Assembly: GCF_964204645.1 (NCBI RefSeq)
Contig: NC_134028.1
Location: forward strand, 19,723,653-19,787,652
Length of the DNA: 64,000 nt
From: Tubulanus polymorphus
Taxonomy: Eukaryota > Animalia > Nemertea
Direction: 5' to 3'
Part shown: one piece after another, positions 13,098 through 31,064 of the stretch
Numbering within the stretch: the first letter of the stretch is position 1
Layout of the letters: each line of letters starts with the position of its first letter
The notes under the pieces: model-generated
Databases searched by the model: none
What the model saw: the letters and a program-made list of their open reading frames with translations, nothing else
Told to the model about the DNA's origin: nothing
Translations under genes and position numbers: made by a program

Positions 13098-13742
13098 TCA
13101 TCGATTAGAATCAATGTTTGTGTCTTCACTCATAAAGTCTCCATCCTCGTCGTCTATCTGTAAATCAGCGGCACTCCTCGGGGGAGACCGGGACCCAGCC
13201 GGCTGCCGCCTTTTATCACCGAATAAATCCTGAGCCGAAACGTTGAATTTCTGTTCGTCGAAACGCTGCGTTCCCCTCGTCATATTTTTATCCTGTTTCG
13301 CTTTGATTTCGATTTTCATTTTCTCTTGTTTTTCCTGTTGTTGTTGTTTGACGGTTTTCAATTCGATCCCGTGAACGGTTTTTAAATTCGCGGCGACCAT
13401 TTTGAACAATCGCGTCTCCGACATGCCGTCCTCGTACAATCGGAAACATTCATTCACGAATCTCTCGCTGATCGTTTCCGATTTCTGATCGTTCAAATCT
13501 ATAATTCCGGGACTGCCGTAAACGCGGTTGAATCGAGCTCGGAAGAAATCCTCGGAAACCATCAGATTTTTCACTTTGTTTTCGGGTAAAATTCGGTTGT
13601 ATTTCGGTTCGATTTTCGGCGGAAAGGCTTCGTAAACATCGAACCAGATCGGTTTGTCGACATCTTTCAGAGCACCGGCTCGCAATAAGCCCTGAACTCG
13701 AGAGTAAATCGTTCCAATTTTGTCTAACCGGCTTCCAGCCAT
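13098..13742 (-). CDS. MRPS23: Mitochondrial ribosomal protein S23 (mS23), single coding exon
   Basis: 214-aa ORF starting MAGSRLDKIGTIYSRV...KPIWFDVYEAFPP, the characteristic mS23 N-terminus. AATAAA on the minus strand at 13040-13045. Confidence 0.93.
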   Translation of the reverse strand: MAGSRLDKIGTIYSRVQGLLRAGALKDVDKPIWFDVYEAFPPKIEPKYNRILPENKVKNLMVSEDFFRARFNRVYGSPGIIDLNDQKSETISERFVNECFRLYEDGMSETRLFKMVAANLKTVHGIELKTVKQQQQEKQEKMKIEIKAKQDKNMTRGTQRFDEQKFNVSAQDLFGDKRRQPAGSRSPPRSAADLQIDDEDGDFMSEDTNIDSNR

Positions 13743-13795
13743 CTTTGTTCAGTACGCGGTGTAGTGTACAGGTGGCAGCACCGCCCAGTCAGAAC

Positions 13796-19349
<5,554 letters not shown>

Positions 19350-19538
19350 TCTTCATTAGTCCCGACTTCTTCGATTGATGATATGACGATGAATAAATTT
19401 CAATATTTGTAATATGAGCGTCAACCTTTACGGAAATCGCGCGCCTAAAATCCATTCCCTTCGTAACCGATCTCAGTTGCGCGACTGCAAGTCACATGCC
19501 AGAGTTTGCCTGAAACACGGCCTGGCACCCGGGCCAGT

Positions 19539-20470
19539 TTAACCGGGAGTTTAATACTAAAAACAAATAAGCTATTATTGGTTCTCGTTCTAAATTCGAA
19601 TCTGCAGGCTTTGAATGTCCGGGGCCCATTACGAGACCAACTCTTGTCTCATAAACTCTCGCGATTCCCGACGGCGGCCCACGGCGTAACGAGAGGCCCA
19701 GCCGGTTAATACGTACCTCAGAGAATTTATTCAAATGGAACTGCATGTTTGAAGTTAATATGTTTGATGATCGAAATATGAAAGAAATCATAGATTGTAG
19801 CGCTGTGAGGCCATTGACATGAGTAAGATACTCGGCTTTGATCCAGGGCCGGAGACGCGCCCAATGCCGTCGGTCACGTAAGGCGAATTCTGCCTTTTAT
19901 TGTAAAATGCCGCGCGTCGTGGCTTTGGTCAGGGATGCGGATTTTGACGTGTCATGTGTCATGTCACTCTAAAGCACTGCCACGTGTGTGACTTCGAAAA
20001 TTTAACGAAAACTGAGTTAGTTGGTGGGTGGGTCTCAGGCCTACTGCATTTGATTTACTTGCAAAATAAATACTTGCAAATAGATTTTGCAACTCTGAGG
20101 CAAGTAAAAAAAAATTCGCCTTTTTCTGGAAAGATCTTTTTAGTTGTCTTGACACTGTCCGAGCAGCCCCTAAATCCTGCCCCTAATGCCGGCCGGGACT
20201 AGTCGCAATTTATACCGCTTGCGAAGCCCACAATGGTCAATCCTCACCGCTGGCGGCCAAGGACGCTTTCCCGCCGGAGCTAACACAACGCCTGGCAAGC
20301 GAGGGTGATGGAATTTAAGGGGCGAACAGCACAGCTAATATGATTTTTTTTTTGTATGGGTGCTAGCGTTAAGCGGCCTTTCTGGCTTTGCTAGGCCTGT
20401 GTAGATTGTATATATGTTTACATATTGTATTCTATCCAAATAAATCTATGAAATTGAATTGAATTGAATG
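19539..20470 (+). other. GC-richer non-coding region with several long helices; candidate structured RNA or short retroelement
   Basis: Several complementary segments (listed in findings). Ends with AATAAA and a (TTGAA)n-type tail. Confidence 0.35.
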
Positions 20471-20754
20471 ATTTCAGTTTGCATTATCTAGATAAAGGTT
20501 TTGCCAAAATACAATGGCGCGATATTTCTGAATAGCAAGAAGAATACACTGAATCGATCGCAGTATTTGCTATATGATTCTTGCTTTTCTGCAAAGCCTT
20601 ACGGCCATGCCTTTCTTATTCTACAAAACTTAACGATATCATAGAATAGCAAACCCATTTGTCATTCCTGTTTAGACAATAAAGTACCATAAAAATTTCC
20701 GCTTAAAACTGCACGGTTGAAAATCCTAAATCGACGACCGAACCAACGATGAGA

Positions 20755-21861
20755 AATAGGGGTTCAGGGACGCCATGTCCACTGGGGAAGTGGTTTCAAA
20801 TGCTCAACAATCTAACCAATTTCAATATATAACGCCCCCTGGTAACCAATGACCTTAAAACCCACCACAATCATAGAAATGGCAGCTAGGATTGTAATTG
20901 ATTGTGATAACAAAATATGCCTCGTTACCAATTTGATACGGAAATACTAAGTTATTCTACTATTTAACGCCCCTGGTGACCATATAGAATAACTAAAATG
21001 TCCTTAAAACTCACCAAAATCATAGGAAGATGTCATGAGCTACAACTTAGCAATTGATTGTGGTTACAAAATATGCATTGATACGAATATAATATTACTA
21101 AGATATTGTATTATTCAACGCCCTCTGGTGGCCATATATACAAAAACCAATGACCTTGAAACTCACCACAATCATAGAAAACGTTATGAGCTACAAGTTT
21201 CTTATTGATTGTGGTAACAAAATACGCTTATGTATCAATTAAATGTGGAAAAACTTTTTCCCACCTACGAATGAGTACTGATGACACCAAGATTGCCGCC
21301 AATTGCGTCATAATTGGCTGATCAAAAATACCTGTCTCAGGTATAAAACATCCCTTTCCAAAGGATACCCATCACAAATTGCAATGAGAAATGGCACAGT
21401 AGGAAGCTAAAGGACCCAGAATTCCGGCCAAAATTGACATTTTTGGAAACTAAAAAGATCCTAATAGGACGACCATCTTGAGTCCGATCGACCCATTTTT
21501 TGTTATGCTGATGGGCCCTTGGTAGATTCAAATATACACGAAAGATCAAGTTCATTGATCAAAGCGTCTTCAAAATTTTCCTTAAAAACTTCAAAAACGT
21601 GTAAAAGTGCTGATTTTGGCGAACAACAATGGCTGCCAGTCGGCCATCTTGATTCTGACAGGGCCAGTTTTTGGGCTGAAGATGTGTCTAGGGTAGTTAC
21701 ATGTCTAAACCAAATATCAAGACATTACATTGAAGCGTCTTCAAAACTTCCCAAAATAACTGGATTCCGTCTATGTACGGACGAACGGACGAACGGATGG
21801 ATGACGGACGAAAAGTGAACGCAATAGCCTGCTGGGACTAAAGTCCCAAGTGGGCCAAAAA
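20755..21861 (+). mobile_element. HINE/DINE-1-like Helentron-associated element, most complete copy; partial copy at ~24857-25630
   Basis: Internal ~120-bp tandem units, a (GACG/GACGAAC)n microsatellite at ~21777-21810, a terminal hairpin GGGACTAAAGTCCC, then an A-run. Confidence 0.75.
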
Positions 21862-23438
21862 CGTTCTTTCAATTTCAAACGGGAGCGAAACAGGGGCAAA
21901 CATCCATGTTGTTTCCATACAATAAAGATAAAATCCTAAAGAATGGTGTCTTTCTGTTGAAAATTTTCTGCCTGATCTTATAAAAAAGTGCCCTTTTCTA
22001 CTTTATTATTGTTGATAGAGACGACGATCTACAATGCGTACGTTATAATGAACGACCCTTTTTTACGATTTGCAATCTTATTTACACTCTTACCATTCCT
22101 ATTACACATATATAAATATTTACAAAACTATACTCAAGTGATAAAATGTAAAGAATAACGTAACGAAACATATATACATTAACTATTTACAATACATACT
22201 ATTGGAGGGATCTATCTACATCTAGGCCGGTTTTAATGAATTTAGCCAATTGGACCGTTGGGTTTTATCAAAATATCATGGGTATGAAAGATATTCAAAC
22301 TCAGTTTTTTCGGGGTTCATCAAAGTCAAACAGAAAATGTACCTTAAGTATTACAAGCGGGGCATATTCTACGAGGTCTGTCTAAAGGAAGGTTTGAAAA
22401 TTTGATCACAGGATCGAAAAATGTAGGACCCGGCTTATCCAGTGCCGCTAGCGACAACACAACTGATAGATCCTCCTGTAATCCTCGCTTATTATATTAG
22501 CGGTGCCGGTGCCTAATTTGCTTATGTTATTACTAAGGTCTCGAAAAGCCGCGAAGACACCACATTAGAATCAATTTCTACGAGATCGTAAATGAGGGCC
22601 ATTTAACAATCGCTGTAAGTATCGCTTTTCTAACTGGAGTTAAAATAACGCCGAGATCTTTTCTCCGGAACTTCGTTACAACGAACTTCAGGAGACCAGA
22701 AATTCTGTTCGTTAAAGTTTAGTTTAGTTATTCAGTGAGTGGCGCGTAAAATGTCCTGGGAGGAAAATAAAAGAAACAAAATAAAGAGTAATTGACGTTT
22801 CAACTCGATTCCGAGCCATTTTCAAATCTTAAAGTTGTTTTAAAAATGGCTCATGAAAGGTCACTGCCTTTCTAAGTTTTTCTTAAAATGATGGCTATTC
22901 AAACAGTCAAATGATGGGAACTAGCCTTCAAATCTAACTCACAAATATTCGTAACTGTGGCTCGACTTGATTTCAGTATAGTGCAATATTGTCACATGCT
23001 CGCATGCCGGAGGAGGTCTCCAGGTGCGGAACAGCCTATACCGTTACCGCTTGTCGAGCGGCAGGCTTCTCGTGAGATACAAAACGGCAAGGCAGATTTT
23101 TTCTTCGAAATATTATGGATCAATGTGGGAAAAATTAGCGTCCTCACAAACGCCTGATCACACGGCCATAAGGGAGTGTGGGGGAGGACCCCACACTGGC
23201 TCAGCCCCTGGTCTCACATTGTTACATTACGTGTCAATCATTTTTCGCGAGTCAGGCCCCTCTCCAAAATCATACTCGTGATATTAACTTCGTCTTTATC
23301 CGTTACTTTGGCACAATTTCATAATAGATCTTATCAAAGCTTTGATATGATACTGTTCATAGTATTTGTGATTTATACATGGAACTGAAAACCGAAAACT
23401 GATAAATTTATGCTTTGGAGTTTGTGGTTTAGATCTTT

Positions 23439-24593
23439 TTAGGACGTCGGATCAGTCACCTGGCCAAGAAACAGAAAGGCCATCGTGCGATTGTCACGAA
23501 TGAAAAACATGAACGGACGATCAGCTCTGAATTCAGGCGGCATGGAATAGCTATCTACCATAATTCCGGTTGCCGCCGCGGCCTCCGTACCTTCTTCGTT
23601 CACTTCAATGAATGCTTTATGAATTCCACGACTGACGTACAGTTCCCTAGTACCGTCCATACCGCTCAGATCGGCAACTCCCTCCGTGAACAACTTCCTG
23701 ATCCCCATCGCCTCCAGCACATCATTCAACTCAACCGTCTTCTCGAATTTGAATTTCGGCAGCGAGACCATCACGTTCGTTTTCCTCACACCGACGCTCT
23801 TCGTCAACCTGTCCAAGAATTCGACCGATAGGCGGCGCTCGACCTCGGCAAGGCCGCCCTTTCGCGTCGGTAAAACGATAAACATGCTCAGCTCCTCTTT
23901 CACATAGGGTAAAGCAAGTATTTCGCAGCCGGATTCTCGATCGAATCCGAACGGAAATCGATCTTGTTGATGCATCATATCGACTACTTTCCATTCGGTT
24001 TCGTTGACCTTGAACTCGCCCTTACGCGTAGCCCTAACCTCGAATTTCTTGTCCCAATTACCTTTGAAATAGATGGCGTTTACCAGTACGAGTTTAGTGA
24101 ATTCGTACAGCACACCGGGCGGAATAATGTCCTTGATTTTACCGGACGTTTTATCTTCGACCCATTTATTGATGACGTTTCTCGATTTCAACTCGTCGGC
24201 GAAATTCAACCGCTCCAAATCAGCGCCGAAATATTTCAAACTATCAGCGAGGTATTCCTCGAGGAAGTTGTACCTCTCCGCCCCGAATAGTTTATTAGCA
24301 GTTTTCAGCTGGTACGCTGATTCAGCACCAGACGAATTGTTCAACGTTGCCAGAAATTCGCCAAACCGTCCGTGAATATTATCGATGTCCCGGATGTGCA
24401 TCGCCTCGGCCATCTCGTTTGACGTGTCACCCCTAGCGCCCAGATTACACAGAGCCAGTGCTGCCGATATACAAACCGGGGACAATAGTATGTTACCCGA
24501 ATTAGCTTTCATTTGTTGCAGGTAGAATTCGACGGCGAATTCCGTATTGGCTTTGACGATAGGGGCGTGTACGTCAACGGTGTTGATTGCCAT
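23439..24593 (-). CDS. Intracellular serpin (leukocyte elastase inhibitor/clade-B-like), copy 1; coding region intronless
   Basis: LVNAIYFKGNW, hinge EEGTEAAAAT, FRADRPFMFFI; no signal peptide. True start is probably MAINTV at 24593, just after a TTTTCAG acceptor. Confidence 0.95.
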   Translation of the reverse strand: MAINTVDVHAPIVKANTEFAVEFYLQQMKANSGNILLSPVCISAALALCNLGARGDTSNEMAEAMHIRDIDNIHGRFGEFLATLNNSSGAESAYQLKTANKLFGAERYNFLEEYLADSLKYFGADLERLNFADELKSRNVINKWVEDKTSGKIKDIIPPGVLYEFTKLVLVNAIYFKGNWDKKFEVRATRKGEFKVNETEWKVVDMMHQQDRFPFGFDRESGCEILALPYVKEELSMFIVLPTRKGGLAEVERRLSVEFLDRLTKSVGVRKTNVMVSLPKFKFEKTVELNDVLEAMGIRKLFTEGVADLSGMDGTRELYVSRGIHKAFIEVNEEGTEAAAATGIMVDSYSMPPEFRADRPFMFFIRDNRTMAFLFLGQVTDPTS

Positions 24594-25818
24594 TTTGGAT
24601 TCTGAAAAGGTAAAGGTAAACACAAAGAAATCAATTAATGCAGAAATGTCCCTGGCATGTGAGACTGTTTTGAAGGGGCTGACTGGGAGAGACTTCTGCA
24701 GACTAGTCTCCTTTCCGTCCAGACAAGGGGAGTTGACCCGTTAGGAGACACAGTCTGGAAAAGTGATCTCCTCCTGATAAGGAGACACCGCCTAGACTGG
24801 GAGAGTGGTATTCTAACCATTAGGAGACACCATCCAGACAGGGAGAGTGTTCTTCATGCCCACTTGGGAAGTGGTTTCAAATGCTTAACGTTCTAACAGT
24901 TTAAATATTCAACGCCCCTTGGTGACCATATACAAAAACCAATGACATTGAAACCCACCATTATGGTAGAATATGTCAAGAGCTACAACTTTGCTATTGT
25001 GGTTACAAAATATGCAGAGGTACCAATATAATATGGAATACTAGTTAATCCTACTATTCAACGCTCTCTGGTGACCATATACAAAAACAAATACCTCGAA
25101 ACTCACCATAATCATAGAAAATGTTATGAGCTACAACTTTGCAATGGATTGTGGTTACAAAATATGCCTACGTAGTACCAATATAATATGGGAATACTAA
25201 GTTGTAGTACTATTCAATGCCCCCTGGTGACCATATACAAAAACCTTGAAACCCACCAATATAATAGAACACGCTATGAGCTACACGTTTGCAATTGATT
25301 GTAGTTACAAAATATGCATAGGTACCATTATAAGCAGACAAATTATTCAATATCTAACTCTCCCTGGTGTCAAGAACAAAGAATTGGGTGATCCCATGTA
25401 TTCCATGCGAAGATATTTGTCCTATGACTGTGCTTACAATAATCGAATATAAAGGCTATAAGTTTTAACCTGCTGTTATTTTCCTCAAAAAACCTTTTTC
25501 CACCTACGTATGAATGAGTACACTAAGACGGCCGTCAATTGTGTCACAATTGGCTGATCGAAAATACCTGTCACATGCATTAAAGATCCCTTTTCATAGA
25601 ATACCCACCACAAATTGCGATGAAAAATTTACATGAGCGACTACACCGTGTTATTGCTAGACCTAGCTGTTATACAGTACCATGCATGCTATGTAGGCCT
25701 AGTTGATACCACGGTGTATTAGTGTTGCTTCACGATCGAGCGCTACGCTGTAAAACCTGCTGTAATATAAAATGTAGTTTATCAGAAAATCAATGACGTG
25801 ACTGTCTGATATAGCTTA

Positions 25819-26138
25819 AAGCCGGGCATAGGTCGGCCTTGCGACTCACTACGACGCGATTCACTGCGACCGCCAGCGACGATCGCGTCGCAACGACTCA
25901 CTGACCAACGCTACCTTGCGACTGTCAGCGACGGGTTGCGACTCGCAGCGACGCCAGTCGCAATGAGTCGCACATGTTCTACTTTGTTAAACTTTGTTCT
26001 ACTTTGTTCAACTAGTCATTTGGGAGCAACTTAGTCGCACACAGTCGCTGGAAATCACATCGCAACCGACTTACGCCCCTACTTGTGACGCAACCGACGA
26101 TTACGTCGCGTCACAAGGTCGACCTATACGCCCGGCTT
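25819..26138. mobile_element. MITE with CGAC/GTCG-rich interior
   Basis: TIR AAGCCGGGCATAGGTCG / CGACCTATACGCCCGGCTT flanked by TA. Absent from the paralogous site near 31470. Confidence 0.8.
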
Positions 26139-26140
26139 TA

Positions 26141-27043
26141 GGGTGTCCCAGAAATTACTATAAAATAAAGAATCTAGAATCTACAAACATTGATCAATCA
26201 TTTTGATACTTGGTCAGAAGGTGCATCAGTAAATTTTTCTGTTGCCCTGGTGACCAGATTGATGTCTCCTTGACAACAATCTATTGTTACCCTTAAGTGA
26301 TAAATTTCAAAAAAAATTCCCAGAGTGAAACTAGCATCATTAGGCCCTTCAAAGTTGATAATTTGTTTCACATCCAAACCTCTTTTCTAGAAAGCCATTC
26401 ATGACCTGGTGAAAAAGTTTGAAGCAACTGGTTCACCAGGTCATAAATGGCTAAAGGACCCAATTTTTATGAGCAGAATGGAGAAGCTGTTACCATAAAT
26501 GGAGCACGCTATAGGAGTATGCTAACTAAATTCTTCATTCAGAAGCCCAGGCGTCTTTTAGGGAACAACATTAAAAATGCATGCAGGCTTTCAACAAGAT
26601 GGGCCACAGCCCATACTGCAAAACTGACATTAGATGTTCTACGCCAGCCAATTTTGGAAAGAGTGAATGGCTGGTCCCCCTATTCACCAGATCTGAATCC
26701 CCTTGATTATATTTTTTGGATATCTCAAAAACAATATCTATAAAGGCGCACCAACAACTATTGACCTTTTGAAAATAAACATTCGGCAGGAAATAGCAAC
26801 CATAGGGGTCGATGTATTGAGAAATGTGGTGGACAATTTTGTTAAAAGAAGTTGTAGTAAAAAATCTACAGGGATCACATATTGAGCATATCTTGTAAAT
26901 CGTCTGAAATAAAATGATTGTTGATTAACAAAAAAAAAAGACTTACCACTTTCACCAATGTCTGGTATAAGTTTGGTGTATCTATCTTAAAAATGAAAGT
27001 AGGGAGAGCAATTCTTTATTTTGTAGTCATTTCTGGGATACCT
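26141..27043 (+). pseudogene. Degenerate Tc1/mariner transposon with frameshifted transposase fragments
   Basis: TIR GGGTGTCCCAGAAAT / ATTTCTGGGATACCTG|TA. Fragments TINGARYRSML, QQDG(A)TAHT, WSPYSPDLNPLDY and FGYLK lie in different frames. Confidence 0.9.
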
Positions 27044-29909
27044 GTAGAACCTAGACACTTCGTCGGTCTGGTGAAAAAACACCTTAAAAATGGAATGTCT
27101 GCAGTAATTCAGGTGGTTCCTCGCGGTCCAAGCTCTCGTGTGGCGACTTAAAATCGAATACTAACCAGAACATGTTACTCAGCAAAAAGGACAACGCGAA
27201 GAAAAAGCCCGGATCATCATCACCGAGGCGTTAAAATCGACCCGATGAAATAACGATTCCACGAAGAAGAACCAAATCCCGAAATAAGATCGATATTGAA
27301 AAAAAAACTGGAAGAAGATTTGGCACTCGCCCAAAAGTGCCTCGACAAAATTTAGAATCGTTCAAATATTAGGTCTAAAATTCATCCGCTTTACGGAAAT
27401 TCTGACAAAAAATCATTTTCGTTGTTTATTAATGAACAATTGGACTGCAAATATTGTCCGGATAAGACCAAAATCCGGATCAAGCCGATCCTGATTAAGG
27501 TGGGTATGACTGTAATTTCTATATCGTTAATCGACTTTACATTTGTTGTCCAATCGTTTGTGAATTTCCCGATTGGGTGAAGGTATGAGACCACAATTAT
27601 TAGGTCAGTATGCCTCGAGACGCGTAGAACAGGACCCCGAAAGTAGTACCTCAAATCAACAGTAGGGCTCCCATATAAGTTGCCATGGTTACACAAATAG
27701 AATAAATGACGGTTAGGCCTACCTGTTATATGTATGAAATCTCTGGGTACTGAGAGACAGATTGATAATGAAATCGAGGATTTCTTGGAACTATTTTCCC
27801 TGGAGTGATAGCACTAGACACGGTGGGGACCCTGTGCAATTCGGCTTCAATGTACTGGTATACCTGACACTGGAATGCTCCTAATGTATAAAAGTTTTAT
27901 TATTTCAAAAGTTAGGGTATAAGTTAGCTTGGGCTACGAGCAATTATCTAAACGTTTAGATAATTGCTCGTAGGGTTGGGTGGGCGAAAACTACTGCAAT
28001 ACGTACGTAGCTGGATTTCCCCTGGATTTACGCGGTTATATGAAATAAACCCTTGAATTCCGTGTTTTTACTTTAGGATATAGAAGAATTTGGAATAGTA
28101 GTTTGAGCTCTGAAATACGGGGCTAAGAGTTTGAAACTGTTCCAGGCACTGGCTACCTATAGCTCGGCTCGTGACAATTGTAAAAAATAGTTAAGTCGCA
28201 TGGTGGTGTTGGAAAGCTTTGAAAAGGATGATAATTAAATTAGAAGTAAGAACATCCAACTGCGGACGACCAGTTGCCAGTCTACAGTTAGTCGTTTTGT
28301 TTAACCACTAGCGACATCTGGTGATCCTCACGTAATCTTCGCTTGCCGTAGTAGTGAAGCCAGTGCCTCATTTTTTTGCGTTTGTTTTTTCAGGTCACGA
28401 AAAACCCGCAAGACACCTCATTAGAATCGGGTTGGACGACATCGTAAATGAGGGCAACGAACTCCAGGACACTAGAAAATCAGTTCGTTATAACCGATAG
28501 TTCTATATACAGTGAAACCTCGTTAAAGCGAACTTCAGGGCACCAGAAAATCTGCTTGTTATAACCGATAGTTCGTTATGTTCAGTATGAAATTATTAAA
28601 ATTGTCCGATTTTGGATGAAATTTTCAAGGGTGTGTAGAAACCGCTATATCCAAGGCTGTTATAACGAGGTTCTACTCTGGAACGAAACGATAAGTGGCC
28701 TAACCCTGAAACTTAATTTCGGTTTCATGGTATACCTAAACACATGTAATTAGCGAATTACTCGTAAAAATGTCCTGGGAGGAACAATTGAAAAAAAAAC
28801 ATGAATCTAAAGATTATTCTTAACTCAAGAGCTGTTTTTTTCCATTTTTGCTGCTGCTGTCCTAATGTTTTGTTCAAAAATCCCCAAATCAAAAACTAAA
28901 ATTTTCTAACGCACAATTTTTATGAAATGCTTTATTGGTTACAATCAGACACTATATTTTCTTTTCAATATTGATGTAAAACAAAAATGATTTGAATCTA
29001 TTTAGAATGAAACAATAATTAGTCATATACGTATAAATCGATACAATTACCAGTAATAAGCAAAAACATCTAGAGCCAAAAACAACCACAATCATGAGAA
29101 AAACATAAAGAATATTCAGACGTTTCAACTCAAAATCGCTCATGAAACGTCGATATGCTCTGTTATTTTCTCTTAAAATGGTGGCTATTTTTTCAATTGA
29201 ACTATACACAGTCAGTTTATGGGAACTAGCCGAACCCCAGTTCAACGGTTATGAGTTCAAATTTGACTCCAGAATAATCGACTTTAATAAGAGTCAAATT
29301 AAACCCACACAGTCGTAACTGTGGCTCGACCGATCTCAGTATAGTGCACTAATTGTCACATGCTCGCCTGCCAGAGGACGTCTCCAGGTGCGGAAACAGC
29401 CTATACCACACAACACCAGAGCATATTTTTTTTCGAAATATTATGGATCAGTGCGGCTCAAAACGCATCTGGAGCTTGTAAAAACCTTAAGTTCTCTGGG
29501 AGGGGGGACCTCCACACTCCCCAGGTCCTGATGATGTCTTCAAACTCAGGATAACAGGCTGGCTTAGCCCCTGGGCCCAGTTTCACGAAAAATTGTAAGC
29601 AAAAAACGGTTACGTTTGAATTGTTGTCCTCATTGAAAACATTAAGTAACCAATAGCAATTACACTCGTTAAACTTTTTTGGGAAACTGGGCCCAGGTCT
29701 TTCACTATTACATAATACGTGTCAATCAAATTTTTGCCAGTCAGGCCCCTCCCCCAAAATCAGACCCGTGATATTGACTTCGTCTTATCAATTATTTTGG
29801 CACGATTTTATTATAGGTCTTATCAAAGCTTTGATAGAACACTGTGTTCATTTTGAATATGGAACTGGCTGATAGATTTTTGGTTAGGAGTTTGTCGTTT
29901 GAATATTTT

Positions 29910-31064
29910 TTAGGAAGTCGGATCAGTCACCCTTCCAAGAAACAGTAAGGCCTTCGTACGATTGTCACGAATGAAAAACATGAACGGACGATCAGCTCTG
30001 AATTCAGGCGGCATGCAATAACTAACCACCATAATTCCGGTGGCCGCCGCGGCCTCCGTACCTTCTTCGTTCACTTCAATGAATGCTTTATGAATGCCAC
30101 GACTGACGTACAGTTCCCTAGTACCGTCCATACCGCTCAGATCGGCAACTCCCTCCGTGAACAACTTCCTGATCCCCATAGCCTCCAGCGCATCATTCAA
30201 CTCAACCGTCTTCTCGAATTTGAATTTCGGCAGCGAGACCATCACGTTCGTTTTCCCCACATCGACGCCCTTCGTCAACCTGTCCAAGAATTCGACCGAT
30301 AGGCGGCGCTCGACCTCGGCAAGGCCGCCCTTTCGCGTAGGTAAAACGATAAACATGCTCAGCTCCTCTTTCACGTAAGGTAAAGCAAGTATTTCGCAGC
30401 CGGATTCTCGATCGAATCCGAACGGAAATCGATCTTGTTGATGCATCATATCGACTACTTTCCATTCGGTTTCGTTGACCTTGAACTCGCCCTTACGCGT
30501 AGCCTTGACATCGAATTTTTTGTCCCAATTACCTTTGAAATAGATGGCGTTCACCAGTACGAGTCTAGTTAATTCAGACAGCGTACCGGGCGGGATAAGG
30601 TCCTTGATTTTACCGGACGTTTTATCTTCGACCCATTTATTGATGACGTTTCTCGATTTCAACTCGTCAGCGAAATTCAACCGCTCCAAATCAGCGCCGA
30701 AATATTTCAAACTATCAGCGAGGTATTCCTCGAGGAAGTTGTACCTCTCCGCCCCGAATAGTTTATTAGCAGTATTCAGCTGGTACGCTGAATCAGCACC
30801 GGACGATCTTTTCAAAGTTGCCAGAAATTTTCTAAACCACTCGTGAATATCATCTATGTCCCGGATGTGCATCGTCTCGGCCATCTCGTCTGCTGTGTCG
30901 CCCCTAGCGCCCAGATAACACAGAGCCAGTGCCGCTGATATACTTACCGGCGACAGTAGTAAGTTACCCGAATTAGCTTTCATTTGTTGCAGGTAGAATT
31001 CGACGGCGAATTCCGTACTGGCGTCGACGATAGGGGTCAGTACGTCATATGTGTTCTGTGCCAT
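29910..31064 (-). CDS. Intracellular serpin, copy 2 (tandem paralog)
   Basis: 384-aa ORF with the same serpin motifs; RCL GIMVVSYCMPP. Confidence 0.95.
   Translation of the reverse strand: MAQNTYDVLTPIVDASTEFAVEFYLQQMKANSGNLLLSPVSISAALALCYLGARGDTADEMAETMHIRDIDDIHEWFRKFLATLKRSSGADSAYQLNTANKLFGAERYNFLEEYLADSLKYFGADLERLNFADELKSRNVINKWVEDKTSGKIKDLIPPGTLSELTRLVLVNAIYFKGNWDKKFDVKATRKGEFKVNETEWKVVDMMHQQDRFPFGFDRESGCEILALPYVKEELSMFIVLPTRKGGLAEVERRLSVEFLDRLTKGVDVGKTNVMVSLPKFKFEKTVELNDALEAMGIRKLFTEGVADLSGMDGTRELYVSRGIHKAFIEVNEEGTEAAAATGIMVVSYCMPPEFRADRPFMFFIRDNRTKALLFLGRVTDPTS

Noticed and set aside
19440-20430. Telomerase RNA, RNase P/MRP or 7SK identity for the structured region
   Set aside because: No CTAACCCTAA-type template on either strand within it, and I could not find the RNase P/MRP conserved regions or the 7SK 5' GATC helix.
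23619-24375. Plus-strand ORFs overlapping the serpins (also 30090-30846) and PRDM8 (57014-58077)
   Set aside because: Antisense shadows of real coding sequence.
24594-24623. Extended serpin N-terminus MFTFTFSESK
   Set aside because: Lies in the polypyrimidine tract and acceptor of a 5' UTR intron; the paralog starts at the downstream Met.
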